A stretch of DNA of 64,000 bases, from the NCBI GenBank assembly GCA_965222115.1, contig CBDCTJ010000007.1, positions 1,120,001-1,184,000 of the forward strand. Reading direction: 5' to 3'. Shown here one piece after another: positions 28,588 through 38,139 of the stretch. Position 1 is the stretch's first letter, and every line of letters starts with the position of its first letter. The notes under the pieces were generated by a model that saw only the letters and a list, made by a program, of their open reading frames with translations, did no database searches and was not told the origin of the DNA. This DNA comes from Planctomycetota bacterium. Lineage in GTDB: Bacteria > Planctomycetota > PLA2 > JAEUHO01. The translations under genes and the position numbers were made by a program.

Positions 28588-30369
28588 GGTGCGGCGGGCG
28601 CTCCTAGATCGATTCGAGGGCTTGCCAGAGGCATTGGCGCGGCGACCGTGACGATGCGCAGGGCAGGTACGGCAGGAAGAGCGGCGATTCGATGGAATCG
28701 CTGCCTTGAACTTATCGGCATGATGCGACGCCGAAGGAGTACCGGTATGTCTTGCAATCGGGTTTGCGCACCAAAGTGGGGTGTGGGATGCGGGCGCCGA
28801 CTCGCCGTATACGTCGCCATGGCGCTCGCGTTGAGTGTGATGGAGGAGCGTTCAACTGCTTGCGCCGGGCCGGGTACGGAAGCTGCAGCGCCTTCGCAGC
28901 TACCGTCTTCCGGCGCGCAGGCAGGTGGATCCTGGTCCGCGGCCTGGACAACGCCCAATCCCGGTGTGGGCGTACGTAGTTCGCGCGCTCGCCCCTCCAT
29001 GCTTCAAGCGTTTCCGCTGCGAACCGGCGGCACCACGCTGCATCCCGCTCCGCCTTTGGTACAGACGCCTCACGTGCTTCCTCCTCCCGTCACATCGACA
29101 CCCACAGCTCCGGCAGAGTCGACAGCCACGGTTGACGGGTCTTGGAAAGTTGTGCCCATCCCCGCCCGCCAACCCACCGCGCCGCGCGCCCCGATTCCTG
29201 CGCGCAATGAATCCGATACGGAACTCCCACCGCCCGGCGGTACGTGGTCGCCACCCGAGCCGCGGCACGGTGCGCCAAGTGCATCGCCTGGCGTACAACC
29301 TAAGGGCGTGTCTGGCACGGGAGGATTTGTAGAAACGCGTCCACCGTCATCCGCGTTGCCCCCCTACCGTGCACCGACAAATCCGATATCTCCTCAGCCG
29401 CCGGTCGCAGGTTGGGGACCCACGCCGCCTGCCGTAGCCATGCCGCCCGTAGGTCGCCCAGGCACGGTGGAGCAGCCAGTTTTTGACCATGCGCCGATCG
29501 GTGCTCCGAAGCGAAGCGCGCGTTCTGTACGACGCTCAGTGCCCCAACGCGCGGTTCCGCTTCAAACAATGCCGCGCGCGCGTCGTTCGGCAACTGCACG
29601 TGGTGCGGTGCGAGGGACAGTCGGCGGTGGACCTCAGATTGGTCACGGTGCATTTCGTCGGCCCGGCGTTTTGCGTCGCGCATCCGGCGATGCGCATGTC
29701 ATTCCCTGGCGAGGTGGCGACGTTCGAGAGCAAGGAGGGATGCAGCCGGCTGCCGACAGTGGGCTGCGCTTTCGATTCGCCGTGGGCGACAAAGTCAAAA
29801 TCGCCGTGTGGGGAGAGAAGGAGCTTGTGTCCGAGCAGGCCGTGTTGCCCGATGGCACCATTGTGCCCCCCTTGTTGGAACCGATGATGGTGAAGGGGCG
29901 CTCCATTTCGGACGTGCGCAACGACTTGATGCGGGGCTATGAGAATCACCAAGAGGTGGGGTCGCGCGACGTCATTCTCACCGTTTCGCGTCTGGGCGTA
30001 AAAGATCGCGCGTTCATTCTTGGCGAAGTTGGCGATGCGACGGCCGTTGAACTCACCGAACCGCGTACGTTGCTTCAAGTTCTCGCGGAGGCGGGCGGGC
30101 CCGTTGGCGGTGTCAGCGATTTGGAGCGCATTCGCGTTGTTCGTACTCGCAATCGAAGCGGTCGCCCCCAAGTCTTTCGCGTAAACGCCATGCGAATCAT
30201 GCAGGGGCGATTGCGTACGTTCATGATTCAGCCCGGCGACGTGGTGTATGTACCAGCGACGGGTACCGCCAGTTGGTCACGTGATATGCAAATGCGTCTC
30301 GCTCCACTTCAAACGTTGATTGGTGGCGCCGCGACCGCGGCCTTGGCGATTACGACAACCGGGCAGTAG
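28576..30369 (+). CDS. Polysaccharide export protein (Wza/OPX-like) with long Pro-rich N-terminus; start uncertain
   Basis: GDKVKIAVWGEKEL...VLPDGTIVPPL (Poly_export), ILGEV...TLLQVLAEAGG (SLBB), QPGDVVYVP. Confidence 0.8.
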   Translation: MAIHGAAGAPRSIRGLARGIGAATVTMRRAGTAGRAAIRWNRCLELIGMMRRRRSTGMSCNRVCAPKWGVGCGRRLAVYVAMALALSVMEERSTACAGPGTEAAAPSQLPSSGAQAGGSWSAAWTTPNPGVGVRSSRARPSMLQAFPLRTGGTTLHPAPPLVQTPHVLPPPVTSTPTAPAESTATVDGSWKVVPIPARQPTAPRAPIPARNESDTELPPPGGTWSPPEPRHGAPSASPGVQPKGVSGTGGFVETRPPSSALPPYRAPTNPISPQPPVAGWGPTPPAVAMPPVGRPGTVEQPVFDHAPIGAPKRSARSVRRSVPQRAVPLQTMPRARRSATARGAVRGTVGGGPQIGHGAFRRPGVLRRASGDAHVIPWRGGDVREQGGMQPAADSGLRFRFAVGDKVKIAVWGEKELVSEQAVLPDGTIVPPLLEPMMVKGRSISDVRNDLMRGYENHQEVGSRDVILTVSRLGVKDRAFILGEVGDATAVELTEPRTLLQVLAEAGGPVGGVSDLERIRVVRTRNRSGRPQVFRVNAMRIMQGRLRTFMIQPGDVVYVPATGTASWSRDMQMRLAPLQTLIGGAATAALAITTTGQ

Positions 30370-30408
30370 GGCCCGTCGCTGAGTGGCAGGCATCTTTGTG
30401 CCGACCTG

Positions 30409-32250
30409 CTACGGTGTGTGAAACGTTGGCTCCTGCGCGGCGTGAATTGGGCGCGGTGGTGCCAAGCGTTCGATGAGTTGAAGCAGATCCGGCACCTGCA
30501 CCGGTTTGGTTAAGAATCCATCCATGCCCGCCGCGTGCGCACGTTCTTCGTACGACTTGAGTGCGTGTGCGGTAAGTGCGATAATGAGTGCGTGCGGTCG
30601 CCGTTCGCGCACCTGACGTTCGCGAATCTGTTGCGCCGCTTCAAACCCATCGAGCACGGGCATACGCAAATCGAGCAAGATGGCGTCAAAGCCCTCCTCG
30701 GCCTCGACGTAGGCCTCCACGGCTTGCTGGCCATTCTTCGCGATGGTTACCTGGTGTCCGCGCATCGACAGCAAGCGCGACTGAATGAGCGCGTTATCTT
30801 CACTGTCTTCCGCCAGGAGGATGCGAAGCGTGCGCGTGCGCGTCCGCGACGTGGCTTCGTGGCGTAGCGCTCGAGTTGACGGGCGTGAATTCCCACTTGC
30901 GTCGTTGTCCACATCAACGCCCGCGAGGGGAATGGCGAAGCGGAAGCAACTGCCAACGCCTTCACGACTGGTCACGGTCAGCGTGCCACCCATAAGTGAC
31001 GCGAGCGTCGCCGAAATGCTCAAGCCGAGCCCCGTACCCCCGAAGCGCCGCGCAGTGGATGTGTCGGCTTGCGTAAAGGCTTCGAAGATGGCATCACAAC
31101 GACTTGCCGGTATGCCAATGCCGGTGTCTTCAACATCGAAGGCAATGCGGCACGTTCCCGTGTTGTGACGTGCCTGTTCCACGACGCTCACGCGCGTGGT
31201 GACGCGCCCTTCCCGCGTAAACTTGATGGCGTTGCTCAACAAGTTCATGAGCACCTGGCGTATGCGTGCGGGGTCGCCTGTTGCGTGACGTGGAACGTCT
31301 TCGTGAATCTCTGAACGCAGCTTGATGCCGTTGCGCGTGGCCGCAACTTCAAACGCGGACACCACGTCGTGCACCAACTCGTGAACCAGAAACGGTGTAG
31401 ACTCAATTTCCATATGGCCCGATTCGGCCTTTGACATATCGAGCAGATCGTTGATGAGCCGCAGCATGGTCTCCGACGACGACTCAATGACACGCAGCTG
31501 CGATCGATACACCGATGATGGGTTGGAGCCCAGCATGAGTTGCGTCATGCCCAGCACACACGACATGGGTGTGCGAATCTCATGGCTGATATTCGCAAGG
31601 AACGTGCTCTTGGCCTCACTGGCGATGCGAAGTTCTTCTTTCTGCGCGAGGCCCTGCCAATACTGCCGGTGAAGCTGCGTGCCCAAGTAGATAAGAAATG
31701 CAAGATAGACAAGCAATGCCATGACGACCGCGGCGCCGTCGGGCACTTTGCCGCTTGCGGCGATGGCAACAATCGGCAGGAACAGTGCGGCGAGGTAGCA
31801 CCGGTGCGACAACAGTCGCACGCAGAGTGTGGACGTTCCGCCTGCGGCGATGCCCGCGGTGTAAATCAGCATCAGAAACGAGGGCCACGATACGCCGTAC
31901 GTATACAAGGTGAAGGCGCCAAACACGCCCCACATGGCACCCATGCCAACCGCCGCGACATCGAACACGCGCCGCGCCCACGCGGCTCGTGCGTGCATGG
32001 TGGGGTACTTACGAATGAAGCGAAGTCGAAGTACTGCTCCGAGTACACAGAGGGCGACAAAGCCGTATGATGCAATCGGGAATTCGCTGTGGAGCGGGGT
32101 AGCAAATACCGCGAGGAGTCCAAGCGCCGGGTACGTGAGCATGGCACCTTTGGATCGACGTGCCATTTCGACGTCGGCTTCCCACGCGATACGCGTACGC
32201 GCGCTCGCGTCATCGGAGACATACCGGGGGTGGGAGGGTAGGGGCGTCAT
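30409..32250 (-). CDS. Hybrid membrane sensor histidine kinase / response regulator
   Basis: About six TM helices, FLANISHEIRTPM, NLLSNAIKFT, DTGIG, GGTGLGL, and a receiver domain (AEDSEDN, LDLRMP, TKP). Confidence 0.93.
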   Translation of the reverse strand: MTPLPSHPRYVSDDASARTRIAWEADVEMARRSKGAMLTYPALGLLAVFATPLHSEFPIASYGFVALCVLGAVLRLRFIRKYPTMHARAAWARRVFDVAAVGMGAMWGVFGAFTLYTYGVSWPSFLMLIYTAGIAAGGTSTLCVRLLSHRCYLAALFLPIVAIAASGKVPDGAAVVMALLVYLAFLIYLGTQLHRQYWQGLAQKEELRIASEAKSTFLANISHEIRTPMSCVLGMTQLMLGSNPSSVYRSQLRVIESSSETMLRLINDLLDMSKAESGHMEIESTPFLVHELVHDVVSAFEVAATRNGIKLRSEIHEDVPRHATGDPARIRQVLMNLLSNAIKFTREGRVTTRVSVVEQARHNTGTCRIAFDVEDTGIGIPASRCDAIFEAFTQADTSTARRFGGTGLGLSISATLASLMGGTLTVTSREGVGSCFRFAIPLAGVDVDNDASGNSRPSTRALRHEATSRTRTRTLRILLAEDSEDNALIQSRLLSMRGHQVTIAKNGQQAVEAYVEAEEGFDAILLDLRMPVLDGFEAAQQIRERQVRERRPHALIIALTAHALKSYEERAHAAGMDGFLTKPVQVPDLLQLIERLAPPRPIHAAQEPTFHTP

Positions 32251-32390
32251 GGCGGAGAGTGCCCTGACATTATCGACCGCCTCGAGAGAACTTCTGGACC
32301 CCCGTTTGGCATCGAGGGCGAATTCCGCGTCTATGCCAGGTGTGTCTAGCAACGGGCGCAACGCAGCGTGCCAGCGTCGCCAAAAATGAA

Positions 32391-32423
32391 CATCGCGCGC
32401 GAGCCGTGGGCTCGCGCGCGATG
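32391..32423 (-). terminator. Rho-independent terminator of the beta-barrel gene
   Basis: Perfect 15-bp inverted repeat CATCGCGCGCGAGCC-GTG-GGCTCGCGCGCGATG, followed on the minus strand by TTCATTTTT. Confidence 0.8.
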
Positions 32424-32484
32424 CGGTTGTTTTGGGTGCTCGCGACTCGTGGTCGATTGACCAATCGCGCGTGCGTGAAGACCC

Positions 32485-34182
32485 TTAGAAGTTCACTTCA
32501 AGTCCCACGAACACGCTGTGGATCAAGAGCTGATCGGTCTCGTGCTGGGCCTGGACGGCACCGCTGTTGGCCTTCGAAAAGTCCATGGCGTCGTTTGCGC
32601 GGCTGACACCGTCGAGGAACAACAAGTTGTAGCCCGCGGTGAGCGTAAGACGGTTCGTGATGCGCCAACGTGCACCGATGTCGATGTCGGCACCAAAGAC
32701 AACTTCGTCCTCTTCGGAGGTTGCTGTATGCATGCCACCACTGAAGATGTCGTTGTCGGTGACGGTGAGGTCGCGATTCAAGTTACCCGCGAGACCCTTA
32801 AGGCTCGCCTGCAACTCGAACGTGGGCGAAAGCTCCCAGTGCATGACCGCACCGATCTGGAGACCGATGAACGTGTTCTCAACGTCACTTGCTACGAACG
32901 CGCCGGGGCCGCCAGCGCCAATGCCAGCGATGGGCGCCTGTGCGAAGTCGATGCGCGCCTCTTCATTGAACTGAAGGTAGCGAGCGCCAACGAGCCAGTC
33001 CCAGCGGTAGCAACCGGAGCAGTGCATCTCGGTAATGAAGCTGGCTTCACCGCCAAATGCCTCAGCCTCAGACGAGAACGTGGCGGCAACGGGGTTGCTT
33101 TCACCGATCGGAATGTGACCACCGGCTGCAAACGCGTCGGGGGGCGCGAATCCGAATACGCCCGTGGACGTGATTTCATCGTCCCAGGAGCCATAGTAGG
33201 TGCCGCCCACTTCGATCCACTCAAGCGGTCCGAGGCAGTGCTTTACGAATGCACGACCGCCAAAGGACGGTTCGTAGTCGAGTTGATCCCACTCCCACTG
33301 TTGGGGGTTGCCGAATGCAGGCGTACCCACGAGACCCTCGGGGGAATCGAGGTAGGAGAAAAGGCCTTCCACGCGAATGGTGGTGCAGCCATAGCGGCGT
33401 CCGCAGCGATCGACGGCAAAGCAGCAGTCGTCGCGCTTCTGTCCACATGCGGGCTGGCAGTTGTTGTTGGTGGTACCAACGACATTGCTAGATGGTGCCG
33501 CGGTGCGACGCTGAAGTACGGGGGCGGGCGCTGCAGGCTCGACGGGTGCCGGTGCCACGTAGTTTTCTGCATACGGCGCGGCGTAGGGCATTGCAGGTGC
33601 CGGCATGGGCGCTGGGTAGGCCATGCCGCCATCCATTGGCATGCCACCCATTGGCATACCTTCCATGGGCATCGGATAGCTCTCTACGTATCCGCCGGAC
33701 ATGCCGCCTTCAATGACTGGGGCGCCCTCCATAGGAACCGAAACGGGCGGACTCACTGCGCCATCGGCGGGTGCAGCACCTTCCGGCGGAGGCGCATCTT
33801 CATACGCGCCACTGTAGTACCCACCGTTTGAAGGCGGGGCGGCTGGCGTGCCGGTGTAATAGCCGGGCGTCGTGTTGCCCGACGTGGATCCAGTCGTGGG
33901 GAATCCCGTTGCTGGAACACCCGCTGCAGTTCCTGGTGTAACAGACCCAGGCGACGTGAATACCCCGGAGTTGCCAACACCCGCGCTGGGTGCTGCTACG
34001 CCCGAGTTATCCTCGATGCCAATGCGACCGGTTGGGGAAAGTCCAAGCCCTGAAGAGTCTGCACCTGTGGCATTCTCAGCGGGATTAGGAACACTAAACT
34101 CATCGGCCGATGCCGTCTGCATCGTCGAAAACGCTGCAAGTGCAAACACTGCACAAGCAACTCCTAAGTAGCGAAAACGCAT
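32485..34182 (-). CDS. BBP7-type outer-membrane beta-barrel protein with low-complexity N-terminus
   Basis: Signal peptide, Pro/Gly/Met-rich linker, Cys cluster, amphipathic strands (GARYLQFNE, ENTFIGLQIG, AGYNLLFLDGV), C-terminal Phe, GGAGGG RBS. Confidence 0.75.
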   Translation of the reverse strand: MRFRYLGVACAVFALAAFSTMQTASADEFSVPNPAENATGADSSGLGLSPTGRIGIEDNSGVAAPSAGVGNSGVFTSPGSVTPGTAAGVPATGFPTTGSTSGNTTPGYYTGTPAAPPSNGGYYSGAYEDAPPPEGAAPADGAVSPPVSVPMEGAPVIEGGMSGGYVESYPMPMEGMPMGGMPMDGGMAYPAPMPAPAMPYAAPYAENYVAPAPVEPAAPAPVLQRRTAAPSSNVVGTTNNNCQPACGQKRDDCCFAVDRCGRRYGCTTIRVEGLFSYLDSPEGLVGTPAFGNPQQWEWDQLDYEPSFGGRAFVKHCLGPLEWIEVGGTYYGSWDDEITSTGVFGFAPPDAFAAGGHIPIGESNPVAATFSSEAEAFGGEASFITEMHCSGCYRWDWLVGARYLQFNEEARIDFAQAPIAGIGAGGPGAFVASDVENTFIGLQIGAVMHWELSPTFELQASLKGLAGNLNRDLTVTDNDIFSGGMHTATSEEDEVVFGADIDIGARWRITNRLTLTAGYNLLFLDGVSRANDAMDFSKANSGAVQAQHETDQLLIHSVFVGLEVNF

Positions 34183-34457
34183 ACGTATTACCCTCCGTAC
34201 CAACACATACACCGCCGTCGTTTGTAGGTGCAGGTGTAGGCTAAGCTTCTCGGCGCCTCCTCCGCAAGGTTGCCGAACACAAAGTGTAGTTCGGCTAGGC
34301 GACGGTGAACAACAGGTTCCAAGCCCTAGCAATCACGAAAAACGACGGCTTTTTAAGTCGATCTGGACCAAGTAGAAGCACTTTGTATGCAAATTGGGAA
34401 TCAGAATTCCCACATATAGACCTGGTGTTGAATTGTTGTGCAATTGTTGCGCTGTTG

Positions 34458-35477
34458 TCAGTCTACATATCCTCGTAGCGAAGACCATAAGCCACTACAC
34501 AACAAACGGAAGCGGCGAAACGGCAAGTCGCTGCCGATACATATGCGGGGCAGCGTCAGTGGTGGTGTGTGCTTCGTTGCGAGCCCTTCGCTTGTTGTTA
34601 CGGCCCATGGCACGTTCTGTGCGCGCAATACGTCTTGCGCGCGTACATCGAAGTCTTCGGGCCTCCCGTTTGGATAGGCGAATACCGGCGAAACGCCGTC
34701 CGTCTGTGAGCGTATTGTTTCAATACTCTCTACAATTTCTTTATGAACATCTTCCTTACATTCAAGCCGCGAGAGTATTGGATGTGTCATGGTGTGTCCA
34801 CCGAAGCGAATCAAGTCATTTGTGCGGAGTGTCGCAACGTCGCTCCAGTCCATGAGTTGAAAGTGTTCATGGGTTGGCTCGTGCTCCACGTTCAACTCAT
34901 CTTCAAGCTGATGGACCAGCGACGCCCACGTGTGCACCGGTTGCCTCTTGAGTGCGCCGAGACACTTGTGAATTGCTTGCCCGCGAGACGCGTCGCTTTC
35001 GAGCGACAATTCGCCAAGCCCCAGGCATGTCGCATCGACGCGGTTGCGTTTGGATTGGTGTACTGCTAGATACACGCGATCCGGCCACAACACGCGCGAC
35101 GTTCCGATGGCGCCAGCGGCCAGGAAGATGGTTGCCGGTAGATTCAGGTCTCGAAGAACCGGCGCCGCCAACGTCGCATTGTTTCGAAAGCCGTCATCGA
35201 ACGTAATAGCTGCCGCACGCGGAGGCAGCCTGTCATGGGTCATGGCCTCCAGCGCGTCGTCAAGGTGCATGACGTGGTAGCGCTTGGCAATCCATGCAAG
35301 CTGTTGTCGGAAGGCGTGTACGGGAAGCTGATGCCAGCAAAACGGTGTGAGGCGTTCCCGGACCACACCGTGATACATCAAGATCAGTAGCTTGTTCCGA
35401 TTGCGGAAGCGAAACCACCGCTCAGCACCCAGTCCGCACAACAGCGCATCCAGCGTGGCGGCCAGTGCGCGTTTCAT
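34458..35477 (-). CDS. Polysaccharide deacetylase (NodB / CE4)
   Basis: ILMYHGV, ITFDDGF, GGHTMTHPIL, FAYPNG. Confidence 0.92.
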   Translation of the reverse strand: MKRALAATLDALLCGLGAERWFRFRNRNKLLILMYHGVVRERLTPFCWHQLPVHAFRQQLAWIAKRYHVMHLDDALEAMTHDRLPPRAAAITFDDGFRNNATLAAPVLRDLNLPATIFLAAGAIGTSRVLWPDRVYLAVHQSKRNRVDATCLGLGELSLESDASRGQAIHKCLGALKRQPVHTWASLVHQLEDELNVEHEPTHEHFQLMDWSDVATLRTNDLIRFGGHTMTHPILSRLECKEDVHKEIVESIETIRSQTDGVSPVFAYPNGRPEDFDVRAQDVLRAQNVPWAVTTSEGLATKHTPPLTLPRICIGSDLPFRRFRLLCSGLWSSLRGYVD

Positions 35478-36715
35478 GCAGCCGCACCGTTTGCGCCCGT
35501 GCGCTGCTCGTGTCGATCCATGGCCGCCATCCATGCGTCGTGCTGTAAGGGCGCAATGACGTCCCACTCGTAGCGTTGCATGACGCGTTCTCGCCCGCGA
35601 GTCATCTGTCGCAGTGCTTCGCCTGGTCCATTCAGCATTTGAACCACGGCGGTTGCAAAAGACGCCGCCTCGTCGGCGCGCGCAATACCGTCGCCGAGCG
35701 CAAGCCCCTCAGCGCCAATTGACGTGGACACAACCGGCGCGTCCATTGCAAGTGCCTCGCAGATTTTTAACCGTGACCCCCCGCCGATGCGCAGGGGCAC
35801 CACGAAGGCAGACGTGGCGGCCATATAAGGACGAACATCCGGCACGCTGCCATGCACAGTGACGCCGTCCTTTGCTTCGGCTTGCTCAACGAGCCAACGG
35901 GGTGGATTGCGACCTACGATCGAAAAGCGCGTTGACGGGCGTACGGTGCTAATCGACGGGTAGACCTCGTTTAGAAACCACACGAGGCCGTCCTGATTCG
36001 GTCGCCAGTCCAATGCGCCAACGAAAAGCATGTTGTCGGGATCACGCTCGGCACCGGGTGGGCGCGCAAAGTAGTTGGCGTTCACGCCGTTGGGGACCAC
36101 CGTAACGTGTGGCTGACCGGTCCACGAAGCGATGCGATCGCCGTCGTGTTCACTCACGGCCGTTACGGCGTCGGCTGCTCCGAGCGCGCGCTCTTCAAAT
36201 CGATGCACCTTCTTGTGCTGCATACCAATGTAGCGTCGCCGTGCAAACGACGTTTCATTCTCGTGGTAGCGCTTCCAAATGTCGGCTTCGATGTTGTGCG
36301 CCGAGATACAGACCGGGACCGTTGCATCTGTGGGCACATTGGCCACCAGCGGCGTCCACTCCACATGAATCAAGTCGGGCTTCAGCGTGTGCAGGGCGTC
36401 GTGGACGGCGCGTTTCATGACCGACGTGCGATGACCCATCACCATGTAGGGCACCGGCAAAAGTACATTGCGGCCAAGGTCCCAGGCAAAGCGCAGGCCG
36501 TGTTTGACCAACGGGCGACGTGGGACTGGAAGGAGTGAGAGTCCGGCGCGCTTGGCTTGGTCGATGGCTTCATCCGGTAGCGGCGACTCGACGTGATAGG
36601 CGAGTGTAATTTCAAACTGGTCGGTAAGCCGCGCGAGCAGTTCCGAGGTGCGAATCCGTTTGCCCGAGTCGGCCGGATACGGCAGCGCTTCGTCTATGAC
36701 CAACACACGTTTCAT
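35474..36715 (-). CDS. Glycosyltransferase family 4
   Basis: LPYPADSG..IR, VVPNGV, FVGALDWRPN, GGGSRLKICEALA. Confidence 0.9.
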   Translation of the reverse strand: MKRVLVIDEALPYPADSGKRIRTSELLARLTDQFEITLAYHVESPLPDEAIDQAKRAGLSLLPVPRRPLVKHGLRFAWDLGRNVLLPVPYMVMGHRTSVMKRAVHDALHTLKPDLIHVEWTPLVANVPTDATVPVCISAHNIEADIWKRYHENETSFARRRYIGMQHKKVHRFEERALGAADAVTAVSEHDGDRIASWTGQPHVTVVPNGVNANYFARPPGAERDPDNMLFVGALDWRPNQDGLVWFLNEVYPSISTVRPSTRFSIVGRNPPRWLVEQAEAKDGVTVHGSVPDVRPYMAATSAFVVPLRIGGGSRLKICEALAMDAPVVSTSIGAEGLALGDGIARADEAASFATAVVQMLNGPGEALRQMTRGRERVMQRYEWDVIAPLQHDAWMAAMDRHEQRTGANGAAA

Positions 36716-38139
36716 GGGGAAGGCGTCTCCGGGGCAATTTCTGTGTCAAGGCGGCAAATGCAGTAGCGCATTTTGCCATTGGGCTCCGGCTGGAGCTGAT
36801 CCACGGCGTGTGTGCGGATCACCACTTCACCTCCGCATGCGTCGTCAATGTGGTCCACAAAATTGTTCAAATCCACGGGCTTGAAGTCGGTGCCTGGCAC
36901 GTAATACAGATCGATCGCGCCGAGCTCTTCTTGGACAATCTGCGCATCCACGATGCCGCCGGCGTCGTGGTGCAATCCACGCACGTCGAGCAGCACGCCC
37001 AACACGCGACGACCGCTTGGCATGATGAACGCGTCTGTCGAGCGCCCCTCCAGCGAAGTCAGCACAGGTCGCGCATCACCGCAAGGGCAGGGTTCGTCCG
37101 AGACACGTCCCCAGTCGCCCACCTCATAGCGAATCAGTGGCATGGCGCGATTGCAGAGGTCCGTGATCAGCAGATTGCCGTCGGCCGCGGTTTCGAGGTA
37201 CACAGTTGGCGTGTTGATGTGCAACTGTCCGTGCGTGCGGCATTCGGCGGCGACCCAACCGACTTCACGGGAGCCGTAGAATGTGGTTACGTCACCTCCA
37301 AAGGCACGCCGAATGCGCAGGCGTTGGTCCTCATACGTGGGTTCGGCCGTGAGTATGACGAGGGGAATCTTGACGCGCTCCCCGCGCGCGATTAGCCAGC
37401 GCGCCATGAGGTCGGCAGCGCTGGGGTAAGCTTGAAGCACTTCCGGGCGGAACCGTTTCAGTCGCTTCACGTATTTTGCGATGAGTTCGTCATCCATGAT
37501 CCCCGCGGGCAAATAGATTGTTCGAAGGATCAAGCGATTGAGCACGAATTGCTTAATGCGCCTCAGCAGCGACCGTGCGCCCTTGGGGAGATCTTGCGCG
37601 GCGCCCCATAGGTAGGCGACGCGATCACCGAGACCCCACCCCATGAGGCGGCGCATCGCTTCGGCCGAAGCGTTCTTGTCACGGATGGCTTCAAGGTTTT
37701 GAAAAAAAGGCGTGGGCGTTGACGTCGTCCCGCCGGTCGCGGCTCGCACAATCACGCGCCTAGGAAACGACGTCGATATGAGTGCCTCGATGTGGTGCCG
37801 TACGTCCGCTTTGCGGAGTCGGGGAAATGATGCAAGCACCCGTTCCGGGTCGCCGTTCGACGCATCTACGCCTCGTTCGCGTAGCGCATAGCGGTAGTAA
37901 GGAACCGTCGTCACCGCATGCAGAAGCATTGACCGCAATGCGTTACGTTGCACGTCGCGCTGTCGGTCGGATGACGATGTCAGCACGTTAGTGAACCGAC
38001 GAACATGCGGATGCCACGTGCCGCCTTGAACAATGCGTTCGTAGAGGGGGCGAACGAACGACCCAAAGAAGTGTCCGCGTCGCGTACGATGGAGCGCGGG
38101 TCCTCTGGCGCGCGCGCGCAATTCTACGTGCTCATGCAT
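36712..38139 (-). CDS. Phenylacetate-CoA ligase / CapK-like adenylate-forming enzyme (paralog 1)
   Basis: TGGTTSTP, YGSREVG, MPLIRYEVGD, CPCG, EGRSTD, PNGKMR. Confidence 0.88.
   Translation of the reverse strand: MHEHVELRARARGPALHRTRRGHFFGSFVRPLYERIVQGGTWHPHVRRFTNVLTSSSDRQRDVQRNALRSMLLHAVTTVPYYRYALRERGVDASNGDPERVLASFPRLRKADVRHHIEALISTSFPRRVIVRAATGGTTSTPTPFFQNLEAIRDKNASAEAMRRLMGWGLGDRVAYLWGAAQDLPKGARSLLRRIKQFVLNRLILRTIYLPAGIMDDELIAKYVKRLKRFRPEVLQAYPSAADLMARWLIARGERVKIPLVILTAEPTYEDQRLRIRRAFGGDVTTFYGSREVGWVAAECRTHGQLHINTPTVYLETAADGNLLITDLCNRAMPLIRYEVGDWGRVSDEPCPCGDARPVLTSLEGRSTDAFIMPSGRRVLGVLLDVRGLHHDAGGIVDAQIVQEELGAIDLYYVPGTDFKPVDLNNFVDHIDDACGGEVVIRTHAVDQLQPEPNGKMRYCICRLDTEIAPETPSP

Noticed and set aside
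32518-33831. 437-aa plus-strand ORF
   Set aside because: Antisense to the beta-barrel gene, which has the signal peptide, RBS and terminator.
34183-34457. c-di-GMP or TPP riboswitch in the leader
   Set aside because: Diagnostic consensus motifs not found; reported only as an unclassified structure.
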